This document shows, in pieces, positions 1 through 9,820 of a DNA stretch of 51,935 nucleotides; positions within the stretch are counted from its first letter, which is position 1, and the number at the start of each line of letters is the position of its first letter. Origin of the DNA: a virus (lineage: Duplodnaviria; Caudoviricetes); the IMG/VR virus record IMGVR_UViG_3300025723_000057, positions 1 through 51,935 of that record. One strand, 5' to 3'. Both the position numbers and the translations under genes were made by a program. The notes below the pieces were generated by a model. It saw only the letters and a program-made list of their open reading frames with translations. It was not told the DNA's origin and did no database searches.

Positions 1-2385
1 ACTTGCGCTTATAATCTGTTGATCTAAAGTTGTTCTAATAGTATAAGTTGATGTATATAAGTTTGTTAGATTAGTTACAGAAGATATTGCTATATTTGTA
101 TTTGGTGATCCAGCGTGATCAGCTTGGATTATACTTGTATTAGTAAAATATATTTTAGTAGATAAGCCATTATCGATAATATTTGACAAGGAAACAACTA
201 GTTCAAATGTACTGTTGTTCCAAGTATATACATATGCCTGAGTAGTTTTACTACCAACAGTTCCTGTTATCATTAAACCTGGAGTAAATGTATATGATCC
301 AGAAGTTAAGATCAAACTTTGATATGCATTATGTGAATCAGTGATTTCGTTAACATATATTTCTTCATTATTTTCAATAAGATTTTGTGTTCCAGATCCT
401 ACAGTTGTTAGCATTACCTTTTTAGTTAATGAAACATCATAATACAGATAAAAAGAGTTCTCATCAATATAAGAGACATAATAGATATCTCCACTGTTTA
501 ATCCTAAAATATCTGAGTTTGAGTTTGAATCATAACGAATGCTTTGTTTATTAGTAAGACCGTGACTATTAATAGTAATCTTAGAAAGCGAAGTATTAAT
601 AGCTGTTGCAGCATTAAAAGATAACACTATATTAGGAGAAGACTTATAGTTATAAGTTACATCATTGAAACTGTTATCTTTAATTTTTACAACATAGTGA
701 TTTACAGCAGCTCTTCCGTGACCTATTGAAGTTATTGTTTGTTCACTTCCATTTGAATATCCAGATAATGTTATTATACCTCTATCAAATAAAAATGTTG
801 AGGGGCTGTATCCTATAGCTCTTAATGCATTTACACCAAAGTTTGTTGCAGAGTTTGTTATCGAGCAATAGCCACCGCTTTCGCATAATACTCCATTTAG
901 CATGAATATTTGGAAACAACTAACTAACTGTGCATAAGCATCGTTTATTATTCTCCATCCAGTTCCGCCAAAGCTAACCATAGTAAATGCATTAGCAACC
1001 ATACTTTTTCCCTGTTGCGGGATGGACGAAACAGCTGGATTTTCTTCTTCTTGTGGTATTGGAGATACGTTAGGAGTTTTTACTTTCGATCCGTCAACTA
1101 GTGCTCCGTTACCACCTAAGAAAGATATAATAGAACAGTTTTGTATGTAAGGACTTAGTGTAACTATTGGTATACTTGGTGATAATCTAGTATATGCTGC
1201 TCTATCAACAGTAAAATCATTTACATCATCAAATGCTATTGCATAGTTCCATGTAGATACAGGAACTCCGTTACTATCTAATGCATCTCTAAATGTAAAT
1301 CCAGTCATATACATTCCGTTTCGAACACGGAACATATCTTTATTAGGATTTGCAGGTCTAATGATAACTGAACGCAAATCATCACCTACAAGTGTAGTTT
1401 TATCAGGACAAATAATAGGATTCTGTTCAGTATAATCTCCACTTGCGATTTGTATAGTTACAGGAGTTGGAATGTATTGTGGAGCTACTAAAGAAGGAGC
1501 ACTACCTATTCCATTATTTAAAATATTTGTTATTATATCATAAGAACTTGCTATTGCACTTTTATTACCACTTGATGGTGATTTTGTACCGTCAATAGAT
1601 TGATGTACTACAGTTTGATATGGTGCGTGTGTAAAAGTTCCATTACTAACAACTGCTGTGTTATTTAATACAGCAGCCGAAACATATTTTGCATAGTTTA
1701 TTGCTGCAACGCTTTGAGCTTTTTGTGAACTTATTACAGTAGTTGCTGTAGCTGAGTAGTAGCTACTACCTGCATAAACAGATTGAGAATTTCCGCCAAA
1801 TAATAAATCATATATTACTGCTTCTACAATATATCCTATATCTCTAGCACAAGTTGCTTGATTGTAAGTAAAAGAACTTGAAAATGGTGATATATTATTA
1901 GTTACACTATAGTTGATATATCCTATAACTTCAGCTGCAATATATGCTTTATTAACAGTTAATAAAGATTCAGTATCATATGCTGTCTGGCCTGGGTCAA
2001 CAAGCGGTCTTGAATATCCGGCAGCAATTTGTGCAGCTCGTTTAATAGTTCTAACAGGCAGTATTTTTCCATCATTTTCGTCATTACCATTAACTGCTGA
2101 TACGAAGATTCTATTACCACCTGCATCTAAGTTAGTAAAGCTTAAATTTCCATTACCATCAGTACTTAATATTTGTCCTGCTAATCCGGGTGTAGCAGGA
2201 AGTGTAAAACTATAATCTTCAGAAAGTATAGTAGAGGCTTTTAACGAAGTTTTATTACTTGATATATCTCCGTTTTTAAACAGATCAATCTTACCACCAA
2301 CTCCTAGAGTTTTTGTAGCACTATCTACATATAGTGATTGATCGTTGTTAAAGTTTTCTAATGACTGATGTTTGAGAAATTTCAT
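1..2385 (-). CDS. Virion structural / fibre protein with probable beta-helix region, truncated at left window edge
   Basis: Not in ORF track because it runs off the edge. ATG at 2385 reads MKFLKHQSLENF...FTLPATPGLAGQILSTDGNGNLSF...RIFVSAVNGNDENDG..PVRTIKRA; later TCARDIGYIVEAVIYDLLFGGN and SPYIQNCSIISF motifs resemble T4-like cyanophage structural proteins. Confidence 0.75.
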   Translation of the reverse strand, partial: MKFLKHQSLENFNNDQSLYVDSATKTLGVGGKIDLFKNGDISSNKTSLKASTILSEDYSFTLPATPGLAGQILSTDGNGNLSFTNLDAGGNRIFVSAVNGNDENDGKILPVRTIKRAAQIAAGYSRPLVDPGQTAYDTESLLTVNKAYIAAEVIGYINYSVTNNISPFSSSFTYNQATCARDIGYIVEAVIYDLLFGGNSQSVYAGSSYYSATATTVISSQKAQSVAAINYAKYVSAAVLNNTAVVSNGTFTHAPYQTVVHQSIDGTKSPSSGNKSAIASSYDIITNILNNGIGSAPSLVAPQYIPTPVTIQIASGDYTEQNPIICPDKTTLVGDDLRSVIIRPANPNKDMFRVRNGMYMTGFTFRDALDSNGVPVSTWNYAIAFDDVNDFTVDRAAYTRLSPSIPIVTLSPYIQNCSIISFLGGNGALVDGSKVKTPNVSPIPQEEENPAVSSIPQQGKSMVANAFTMVSFGGTGWRIINDAYAQLVSCFQIFMLNGVLCESGGYCSITNSATNFGVNALRAIGYSPSTFLFDRGIITLSGYSNGSEQTITSIGHGRAAVNHYVVKIKDNSFNDVTYNYKSSPNIVLSFNAATAINTSLSKITINSHGLTNKQSIRYDSNSNSDILGLNSGDIYYVSYIDENSFYLYYDVSLTKKVMLTTVGSGTQNLIENNEEIYVNEITDSHNAYQSLILTSGSYTFTPGLMITGTVGSKTTQAYVYTWNNSTFELVVSLSNIIDNGLSTKIYFTNTSIIQADHAGSPNTNIAISSVTNLTNLYTSTYTIRTTLDQQIISAS

Positions 2386-2412
2386 AGCGAAGGTGAACTC
2401 CTAATATAAGTA

Positions 2413-2418
2413 TATTTA
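2413..2418 (-). promoter_or_regulatory. Putative gp55-type late promoter (TAAATA)
   Basis: TAAATA on minus strand ~28 nt upstream of the ATG at 2385; same core recurs before many structural genes. Confidence 0.5.
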
Positions 2419-2462
2419 CCGTATTAGGATATAGAATCTATTCTTTGAAATCTTTTTTAATA

Positions 2463-2786
2463 TTACAATCCTAATGAACTTACAGTTGTAACAACAGTTA
2501 TTGACGACATCTCATCTGTTTGTGTTGCATATGCATAAACAACGTCGCCATCATCTAATATTAACTTTTCTTGAGAGAAAAATAAAGTTTCTAATGGAGG
2601 TAATACGGTCTTATATATAAGATAATGCACATTAGAAAGAGATTCTCCACTAGGTACTACTGCAACACTTAACTTAGCTGGAAGCATATCGTCTAAATTA
2701 CAGAAAGTTATTAGATTTATTGCTGATTTACCGATACTAGAAAATATCGAAGTAGGTGTTGTTATTAGTTCTGTGTTAGTAATCAT
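2463..2786 (-). CDS. Small beta-rich virion structural protein (hypothetical)
   Basis: 107-aa ORF with GAGG RBS, inside the structural cluster. Confidence 0.6.
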   Translation of the reverse strand: MITNTELITTPTSIFSSIGKSAINLITFCNLDDMLPAKLSVAVVPSGESLSNVHYLIYKTVLPPLETLFFSQEKLILDDGDVVYAYATQTDEMSSITVVTTVSSLGL

Positions 2787-2801
2787 TATTCTTCCTCAAT
2801 A

Positions 2802-4475
2802 TTATCCAAATAATATACTATAAGCCAATGCTTTTGACTTACTGATTAATTCGCCGCTTGTAGTGCTGTTTATAAAATATATCCCAGTAGTTTGAAGATC
2901 AATATTTTTTGAATAAAGTTTAACACCGGTAGTATCTACAGCAGGGTCACTAACTTGATATGTTAGTGTAGTTGTGTTGATATTTATAGTTTGTGCTTCT
3001 AATGAAGTAAACTTACCAGTATTCGGAGTTAATGATCCTATAGAAGTATCTTGTATACTACCTGCACGTATAATTCCTCCAACACCTAAACCACCTGTAA
3101 CTACTAATGCTCCTGTAGATGTACTAGTTGATCCTGTAGCATCACTAATATTTACAGAAGTAAACTTACCTACACCTCTTACAGTATTTCCAATGTCTAC
3201 ATTATCAATTGAACCCTTAGTTGAAGAGTTTATAGTTACTGTACCAGAACCTGTAATAGTTAGTGATCCATTTCCTGAAATATTTCCATTAACATTTAGA
3301 TTTCCGCCAATGCCAGTACCACCATTTACAATCAATGCTCCTGTAGTAGAACTACTTGATGAAGCATTACTTGATATTTTTGTACTGGTTTTGATTAATA
3401 CTGAAGCTGTTCCTGATACATCAAGTATTAAATTAGTATTACTATTAGTAGCAGTTATAGTAGTATCTTGTATTCTTATACCGTATAAATCTGCGTGATC
3501 TTGTTGAAACTCAGTTATTAATGCTCCATCAACATAAAGTTTTGCATTACTTTTAACATTATTAATATTAATAATAGATGATACATTAACAGTGTTACTT
3601 GCAGTAACAGATAATGCTGTTTGTATTATAAAGAAACTTGCTGTTGAAACTGCTGTAGTTACTGTCCAAGTTCCATCTAAGTGTGTAACTCCTGATCCTG
3701 TTATAGTAATACTTGAACCGACAGATACATTTAATCTAGCATTAGTGATTGCTGGGTGATTAAATCTCACTGATGTTGAAGGAGTTCCTCCAGTATCAAA
3801 AGTAGCAATAACTTGGCCTATATTATTATCGTAAACTATAAACTGAGTATCATCTCTTTTAATGTTATCGGAAGAGTTAACTAATATTTGATAAGAAACT
3901 AAATCATAAACTGCTCTAATATTTGGTATTATATCTTTATCTCTTATAGAATAGTTAGTGCTATAGTTTAGTACTTGATATTCGTAGTTACTAGTTCCGC
4001 TAACTGTTACAACACCAGTTCCCCTACCAAGTAGATTTAATGAACCACCATTTGTATCAATAGAGTTGGTTCTTATTCCAGATATACCGCCGCTTGCAGT
4101 CTTAAAACTAAAAGCGCCGGTCTTAGTTGTATTCGTTACAGGATTTACCCATGATATCCTTTCATCAAAAACAATATATGCGTCATCATTATATGTATTT
4201 CCAGGAGAACCAAAGATTCCTCTGTTTATTTGTATTCCGCTTGTTCCTGATGCATTAGAAGTTATATAAGGTCCTTGATCACCTACGTTTAATACTATTA
4301 TATTATCTTTAATATCTGTATTAGTAGTAGAGAGTTGTGTTACTGATCCTAAAACTGAAAGACTTCCAGTAATAATAACGTTACCAACATTAGAACCAGT
4401 GTCGAAGGTTATTGATCCCCCCGACACTGCTTGTATCTTGTAGTTACTGCCAACTCTTACAACATTTCCAGACAT
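2802..4475 (-). CDS. Fibre-like structural protein
   Basis: 557 aa, Ser/Thr/Gly/Asn-rich, two STSTGALVVxGGxGxGG motifs typical of phage fibre shafts. Confidence 0.7.
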   Translation of the reverse strand: MSGNVVRVGSNYKIQAVSGGSITFDTGSNVGNVIITGSLSVLGSVTQLSTTNTDIKDNIIVLNVGDQGPYITSNASGTSGIQINRGIFGSPGNTYNDDAYIVFDERISWVNPVTNTTKTGAFSFKTASGGISGIRTNSIDTNGGSLNLLGRGTGVVTVSGTSNYEYQVLNYSTNYSIRDKDIIPNIRAVYDLVSYQILVNSSDNIKRDDTQFIVYDNNIGQVIATFDTGGTPSTSVRFNHPAITNARLNVSVGSSITITGSGVTHLDGTWTVTTAVSTASFFIIQTALSVTASNTVNVSSIININNVKSNAKLYVDGALITEFQQDHADLYGIRIQDTTITATNSNTNLILDVSGTASVLIKTSTKISSNASSSSSTTGALIVNGGTGIGGNLNVNGNISGNGSLTITGSGTVTINSSTKGSIDNVDIGNTVRGVGKFTSVNISDATGSTSTSTGALVVTGGLGVGGIIRAGSIQDTSIGSLTPNTGKFTSLEAQTININTTTLTYQVSDPAVDTTGVKLYSKNIDLQTTGIYFINSTTSGELISKSKALAYSILFG

Positions 4476-4486
4476 AGTGATCCTTA

Positions 4487-5482
4487 TTAGGCGTTATTAA
4501 CTTTTACATAGATTCCAGTTGCTGCTGCAAAGCTCCATGGAGCACTTTCGCCATTGGCATAAACATAGTTAGAACCACCGCTCTTACGTGTTAGATATGC
4601 CCTACGTTCGGTTAACTTGTTCACATAGTATGTATTGCCAGCAGAATCATATGCATAGATATCTATATCGCCAGTAGCTGATGAATCTGCTGCTGTTGTT
4701 AACTTTGCACGATATACAAGTCCGTCTGCACCTCTTACAGTATAACGACGGCTACCACTCTGCTTTACAATATCAACTATTTCACGTTGTCCTGCAACCC
4801 ATGCATAAGCAATAATTGCATTTTCTTGATAAGTTGAAGATCCAATATTTCCACTATCAACAGTTAATGCTACTGTTGGAACACCTACTGCTGTTTGTCC
4901 ACCAGCTGTTTGGCTAGAAGCACGAGTCCAACTTAGTGTTGGTGCTGCAATATATCCTGATCCCTTTTCGTTTGTAGTGATACTTTTTAAACGAAATGTA
5001 GCAGTAATTTGTCCAGAATTAACCGCACCTAGTTTAATACCCCATGTACTGATAGTAGTTCCGTCAATAGTTGTCCAGGTACCGCGATTAGCACCTAATG
5101 TTGCTGCTGTAATAGCACCAGTTCCGTCTGTGCTAATTGTGATTGCAGGTGTTGTTAGTGCTGAAGTCCAGATAGATCCTAAAAGTTGATCGATAGCAAC
5201 GTTATTTAAATTGATCGGATATCCACTACCTGCTCCTGATAATGTAATAGTATTGATTTCCCAAACAACTACTGCTGTTGCTGGTGTACCTGTTGGCAAA
5301 TCTGGTGCTGGGATTGATAATGTTGGAAAATACTTATAAGTGTCTGTAATATTAACAACACCCTTTTGTACTGCTAATGAATATGCAGCAAGTCCTTCAC
5401 CACCAATACCATAATCGTCAGTTGTACCAACTGTTCCAATGTTTCTATTACCAAAATATTTCTTATTTAACGGACGTCCCAT
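4487..5482 (-). CDS. Putative head-associated structural protein
   Basis: 331 aa starting MGRPLNKKYFG, strong AAGGAG RBS, own late promoter, just downstream of capsid gene. Confidence 0.6.
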   Translation of the reverse strand: MGRPLNKKYFGNRNIGTVGTTDDYGIGGEGLAAYSLAVQKGVVNITDTYKYFPTLSIPAPDLPTGTPATAVVVWEINTITLSGAGSGYPINLNNVAIDQLLGSIWTSALTTPAITISTDGTGAITAATLGANRGTWTTIDGTTISTWGIKLGAVNSGQITATFRLKSITTNEKGSGYIAAPTLSWTRASSQTAGGQTAVGVPTVALTVDSGNIGSSTYQENAIIAYAWVAGQREIVDIVKQSGSRRYTVRGADGLVYRAKLTTAADSSATGDIDIYAYDSAGNTYYVNKLTERRAYLTRKSGGSNYVYANGESAPWSFAAATGIYVKVNNA

Positions 5483-5497
5483 TAGTTTTCTCCTTTA

Positions 5498-5558
5498 ATA
5501 GCAGTCTATGCTCTACGCGGCGGGATACCGCATAAACCATTCGAGGCTATGTATTTAT
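5498..5558 (-). promoter_or_regulatory. Late promoter (ATAAATA, 5552-5558) plus structured 5' leader
   Basis: ATAAATA followed by a GC-rich leader with hairpin TATGCGG/CCGCGTA (5534-5514) ahead of the RBS. Confidence 0.55.
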
Positions 5559-5830
5559 CGTTTAGATAAACTAGCTAGGAGATGCATTTTCGAGAAAATG
5601 CGTAACGCATCGTTTATTTCTTTTAGTTTTTTTATTCTTTTTTCAGAATAAGTTTTTGAATATCTTTTTCTTAGCTCTATATCAATTAAACTAAGTTCCT
5701 TGATCATCTTATCGACATTTTTAGTTAATGAATAAAAATCATGATAAAATCCTGGCATATTACGGATCGTATTGCGGAGCATAACTTCCACATTTTGCCA
5801 ATCTTCTGGATTTGTGATTTTAGGTATCAT
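5555..5830 (-). CDS. Hypothetical basic helical protein
   Basis: 91-aa ORF preceded by a sigma70-like promoter. Confidence 0.6.
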   Translation of the reverse strand: MIPKITNPEDWQNVEVMLRNTIRNMPGFYHDFYSLTKNVDKMIKELSLIDIELRKRYSKTYSEKRIKKLKEINDALRIFSKMHLLASLSKR

Positions 5831-5835
5831 ATTTT

Positions 5836-5863
5836 ATTTTAACATATAAAACTAGTACGTCAA
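5836..5863 (-). promoter_or_regulatory. Sigma70-type early promoter
   Basis: TTGACG-N16-TAAAAT with extended -10 TG; shares TATGTTAAA with promoter at 25111-25139. Confidence 0.55.
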
Positions 5864-5874
5864 CCTACAGTCAT

Positions 5875-5903
5875 AAGAAAAGCGGATGTTTCCATCCGCT
5901 TTT
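5875..5903 (-). terminator. Rho-independent terminator after major capsid gene
   Basis: GCGGATG-GAAA-CATCCGC stem-loop followed by TTTTCTT on minus strand; A/T flanks allow bidirectional use. Confidence 0.85.
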
Positions 5904-5923
5904 AATATTTGTTTTCCTAAATA

Positions 5924-7105
5924 TTAGGAGAACTTTACGTTTCCGTAAGTTGTTGATAGACCAACCTTACCGAGGTAGTCAGCAGCATTACCTAGTGATG
6001 ATGCAGCATTTGAAAGCTCTACATAACCATAACGTGTCATGAAGCTTACGACTGGCTCGAAAGTAGATGGATCAAGTACAACACCGCTTGACATTAGAGG
6101 AATGTATGGGCAGTAGAACGCAGGAGCGTCTGATTCGCTTGAACCCTTATAACCAACTAGTACGTCAGTTGCGTCTGATGCATATGCATCAACATAAACA
6201 CGCATTGAACTGTTTAGAGTACCAACGAACTTAGTGTTTGTTGGAGCTTCAAAAGTTCCTTCTGTAGTACGAGCAAATGCAGAAGTTGTTGCGCTCTGTA
6301 GGATAGTTAGAGCAAATGGGCTAACAACTGTATAGTTACCAGCACCACGACGTGTACGCTGAGCAATAGTGTTTGCAACACGATTGATCTGAACAGCTAG
6401 AGCAGCATGTTCGTCACCAACGAATGTAGCAGTACCACTTACAGCAGCCTGATTATAAATCTCAGTTGCTGAACCAGCAAGGTTACGTAGTGATGTTAGG
6501 ATTTCCTGATCGATTTCAGCAGTGATTTCCTGTGCAAGTGCTGCCATGATTTCTGCTTCGATATCGATACCCTGTTGTGCCTGTGCATCCTGTGCGGATT
6601 CAAAAGTCCAACGAGCTGATAGCTTACGTGTCTTAGCTTCTACGATCTGCTTTAAGATTTGGATGCTTAGACGGTTACCAGCGATACCTTCAAGACTTGC
6701 TGTGCTGTTTGCCTTTGGATTACTCTGGGTAGCATTACCTGAGTAAGATGAAGCAATCTTGAATGGGCTTAGTGCTTCTTCACCTGCTACAACACCAGCT
6801 GTTGAGCTTGTGTCAGCGTAGCGAACGCGAAGTGTATGGATTTGTCCTACTGGACCAGTCATTGGCTGAACGCCAACTAGTTCGTTAGCAATAACAGTCG
6901 GCATAACACGACGTATTACTGGAAGAATCACTCTGTTAAGAGTGGCAACATTACCGGCAGAAGTGGCACCAGCTGTGGCAGACTCAGCGAGATACTTACG
7001 TGTATTCTCGAGAGTAACAGCCATTACTGACTTACGTGTTCCATTAAGGCCTTCTAAGAGTGCCTCTTTTGTGTCCTGCCAGCGGCTTTCTAATAATTCT
7101 GACAT
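5924..7105 (-). CDS. gp23: Major capsid protein (T4 gp23 family)
   Basis: VGVQPMTGPVGQI, EAKTRKLSARWTFE, AEIDQEI, FYCPYIPL, FMTRYG motifs. Confidence 0.97.
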   Translation of the reverse strand: MSELLESRWQDTKEALLEGLNGTRKSVMAVTLENTRKYLAESATAGATSAGNVATLNRVILPVIRRVMPTVIANELVGVQPMTGPVGQIHTLRVRYADTSSTAGVVAGEEALSPFKIASSYSGNATQSNPKANSTASLEGIAGNRLSIQILKQIVEAKTRKLSARWTFESAQDAQAQQGIDIEAEIMAALAQEITAEIDQEILTSLRNLAGSATEIYNQAAVSGTATFVGDEHAALAVQINRVANTIAQRTRRGAGNYTVVSPFALTILQSATTSAFARTTEGTFEAPTNTKFVGTLNSSMRVYVDAYASDATDVLVGYKGSSESDAPAFYCPYIPLMSSGVVLDPSTFEPVVSFMTRYGYVELSNAASSLGNAADYLGKVGLSTTYGNVKFS

Positions 7106-7117
7106 ATTTTAAACTCC

Positions 7118-8200
7118 TTATTTCAATCCCGCTAGTCTACGGATGTCAACGATGTTGCTCTTTGCAGCATCTGATTTGTTGTCTACTTTATTGCCTGTTA
7201 TTTCTTTTGCCTCAACTAATGCCTTCTTTGTTGCCGTACCGTCGGTCATTACTGCCGGTAGATACCTGTCAAATGCTGTGCGCAGCTTTGGAGTAGATAC
7301 ATCTTCTAGTAACTGTGCCATAACTGCTTTTTTATCTTTTCCGAGAGGTGAAAGAAGTTCATTCATTACTTCCTTACGAACATTTATATCACGAATTTTT
7401 GATATTTCACGTTCCTTGCTCTCAACTAATGATGCTGTCTCAAAAATCTTTGACTTAGCTTCAGTAAGTTCTTTTTCTTTTCTCTTGAGAAGGTTTAGTA
7501 CGTGTTGTACTTCCTTTTTCTCGTTTAGGTAACTATGTGTATATTCCGAAGCAAATGCTTCGAAGATTCTGCGACCGAAGTCATTCTCTCTTGCAGAGCT
7601 AATATCTTCTTTAAGCTGTGCCATCTCAGTCTTGAGAGTCTTAACGACTGTCTCTTCAACCATCTTAGCAGAACGCTTAATAAACTGAGACTTAATTTGA
7701 TCAAGTTGTACCTTAGCTTCCTTGACAAGTTTTACCTTAGTATTAATAGCTTCTTTCTTATCTATATGGAATTCACTGATTTCCTTTGCAAGCTGAGTTA
7801 CAATGAACTCTTCTAGCTTTACAAGATTTGAAGACATCTTCTTTTGGTCTTCGTGAAGTTCTACTAGCTCACTCTTTAATCTATCAAAAACGAAAGATTG
7901 TATTTTTGAACTATTTTCATGCATTTTCTTTGCATAAATTGCCTTTGCTTCTGCAAGTTGCTTTTTGTCTTCGACAAATTCTACAATCTCACTAGTTAAG
8001 CGATCTTCAAGCATCTTATTCAGTGATTCAACCATTACTGACTTCTCATGCTCAAACTTTTGGGCAAACTCTTCACGGAGTTCAGCTGTTACTGTGTCGC
8101 GATTTTCTTGGATTCTTTTGTTCCAAGCATCTTCGATTTCCGTTTTAAACTCTTCGGAAACCACATTGTTCTCAAATAACTGTTTTAATACTTCCAACAT
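7118..8200 (-). CDS. gp22: Prohead core / scaffold protein (gp22-like)
   Basis: Glu/Lys-rich coiled coil between protease and capsid genes, matching T4 21-22-23 order. Confidence 0.8.
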   Translation of the reverse strand: MLEVLKQLFENNVVSEEFKTEIEDAWNKRIQENRDTVTAELREEFAQKFEHEKSVMVESLNKMLEDRLTSEIVEFVEDKKQLAEAKAIYAKKMHENSSKIQSFVFDRLKSELVELHEDQKKMSSNLVKLEEFIVTQLAKEISEFHIDKKEAINTKVKLVKEAKVQLDQIKSQFIKRSAKMVEETVVKTLKTEMAQLKEDISSARENDFGRRIFEAFASEYTHSYLNEKKEVQHVLNLLKRKEKELTEAKSKIFETASLVESKEREISKIRDINVRKEVMNELLSPLGKDKKAVMAQLLEDVSTPKLRTAFDRYLPAVMTDGTATKKALVEAKEITGNKVDNKSDAAKSNIVDIRRLAGLK

Positions 8201-8214
8201 GTGATTCTCCTACT

Positions 8215-8841
8215 TTATTGGAGCCCGCGTATAATATTTACGAGTTGTTCTTTTAAAAACTTTTGTGCCTTTGGGTCTTCTTTTACTTGCCTTGCTAAGT
8301 TTATTGCCTGATTTCCACCTCGTGTGTTTAAGAGGTGTTCGTAGATTGGAGTAGGATAAGCTCCAGGAGCACTTGGTTGAGCAACAACGTCAACTGTGAT
8401 GATTTCAAAATCGCTTACTTGACCTGAACCATCTTCCTTGACGTTGCCACTTCCTCTACTACTGACGCCTAATTTTACACCTGATTCTAACATCGTTTTT
8501 ACTAAATTGCCCATTGGAGTTGGAAGTATTTTCAACTTGCCGTATCCATTAGGACCATCCATCCACATACGTGTAATCATATGAGATACACGATCTAAGT
8601 TAATCCTTAAATCCTGTGGATGGTCTACTTCTCCAAGTACGCTATATCCGCCGGCCATCTGATCGTTAAGTGTTTTGACAGCCCTAGCGATTTCTGACAC
8701 AGGATATACCCTCTGGTTAGCGTTTTTTACGCCACCCTGGATAAAGATACCTACCATGTGTAAGTTCTTCCCATCTTTTTCATCGCTCTCAACGACCACT
8801 TGTGCTTGGTCGAATGTTAAATGTTCTTGGAGATAGATCAC
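8215..8841 (-). CDS. gp21: Prohead protease (gp21)
   Basis: GIFIQGGVKNANQRVYP, GEVDHP, RVSHMI, LGVSSRGSG, DVVAQPSAPGA motifs. Confidence 0.95.
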   Translation of the reverse strand: MIYLQEHLTFDQAQVVVESDEKDGKNLHMVGIFIQGGVKNANQRVYPVSEIARAVKTLNDQMAGGYSVLGEVDHPQDLRINLDRVSHMITRMWMDGPNGYGKLKILPTPMGNLVKTMLESGVKLGVSSRGSGNVKEDGSGQVSDFEIITVDVVAQPSAPGAYPTPIYEHLLNTRGGNQAINLARQVKEDPKAQKFLKEQLVNIIRGLQ

Positions 8842-8851
8842 TTATATTTCC

Positions 8852-9775
8852 TTACTTAAAAAGACTCTTAGTGAATGTACCAGATTCTCCAGTACCCTTC
8901 TTCTCAGCGCCGTGTCCCTTTGCAACTGGACTTAACTTAGTTGCATTCTTAGCACCAGGAACATTTACGTTTCCGCCGTCCTGTGGCTTAGTTGTAGGAG
9001 CTAGTAATCCACCAGTTGTTCCCTTTTCGCTACCTGTTCCTCCCTTTGCAATATTAGCAGTTGTACCGCCCATATCGTTCTTCTTTGCAACAGTTGACTT
9101 AGTGTTTACTTGATTTTCTGCTGTACCAGCTACCTTACCACCCTTATAAGCTTCACCAACCTTATCAACATATTCACGCATCATTGCTGCTGGGCTCATA
9201 TCGATTGATTCAATCTCTTCTTCAAAAGGCATCATCATACCTTCGTCTTCTTCCTCTTCACCTTCTTCGTCACCTACTGGTGAAAAATCTGGATCATCAA
9301 TTCCGTCGTTATGCTCTGGCTCATTCTTTTCGTCTGCCATTAGATCATTGAATTTTGACATTAGCTCATCTAGATCACTCTTCATACTAACTAGAAGCTC
9401 ATGATCATCATCCTCACCGCCCATGTCATCCATGTCATCGTCACCCATGTCATCCATGTCGTCGTCGCCCATGTCATCATCTTCAACGTCATCTAGCATA
9501 TCACCAGCTGGACCTTCTTCGCTGCCCATTGCTTCGTCTTCCATGCCAAAGTTTTCATCCATCTCTTCTTCTTCGTCTTCGATGGCTTCGTCCATTTCCT
9601 CTTCTTCCTCTACTTCTTCTTCGAGGTCGACATTTGAAAGCTCATCTTCGATAATGCTTTCATAAATCTCACGTGACTTCTCAATCACTAATGCATGAAA
9701 TAGTTCTTCTGCTTTTGCTTGCTCGCCGTTTACTACGTACTCGAGTAGCTGTTCAAACTTGTTCCTAGTGGCCAT
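8852..9775 (-). CDS. Highly acidic prohead core-like protein
   Basis: 307 aa, Asp/Glu/Met-rich centre, Gly/Lys-rich tail; position equivalent to T4 gp67/gp68. Confidence 0.6.
   Translation of the reverse strand: MATRNKFEQLLEYVVNGEQAKAEELFHALVIEKSREIYESIIEDELSNVDLEEEVEEEEEMDEAIEDEEEEMDENFGMEDEAMGSEEGPAGDMLDDVEDDDMGDDDMDDMGDDDMDDMGGEDDDHELLVSMKSDLDELMSKFNDLMADEKNEPEHNDGIDDPDFSPVGDEEGEEEEDEGMMMPFEEEIESIDMSPAAMMREYVDKVGEAYKGGKVAGTAENQVNTKSTVAKKNDMGGTTANIAKGGTGSEKGTTGGLLAPTTKPQDGGNVNVPGAKNATKLSPVAKGHGAEKKGTGESGTFTKSLFK
9420..9478. repeat. 24-bp tandem repeat (~2.5 copies) encoding DDDMDDMG
   Basis: cccatgtcatccatgtcatcgtca / cccatgtcatccatgtcgtcgtcg / cccatgtcatc. Confidence 0.85.
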
Positions 9776-9813
9776 TAGATATCTCCTTTGTCATTGCTAA
9801 GGCTGTCAATATG

Positions 9814-9820
9814 TATTTAT
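9814..9820 (-). promoter_or_regulatory. Late promoter for head operon
   Basis: ATAAATA ~39 nt upstream of the ATG at 9775, followed by AAGGAG RBS. Confidence 0.65.

Noticed and set aside
1913-9665. Short plus-strand ORFs opposite head and fibre genes
   Set aside because: Fully overlap well-supported minus-strand genes; antisense shadows
9804-9809. TTGACA on minus strand upstream of head operon
   Set aside because: No -10 element at 16-18 bp spacing; that position holds the RBS
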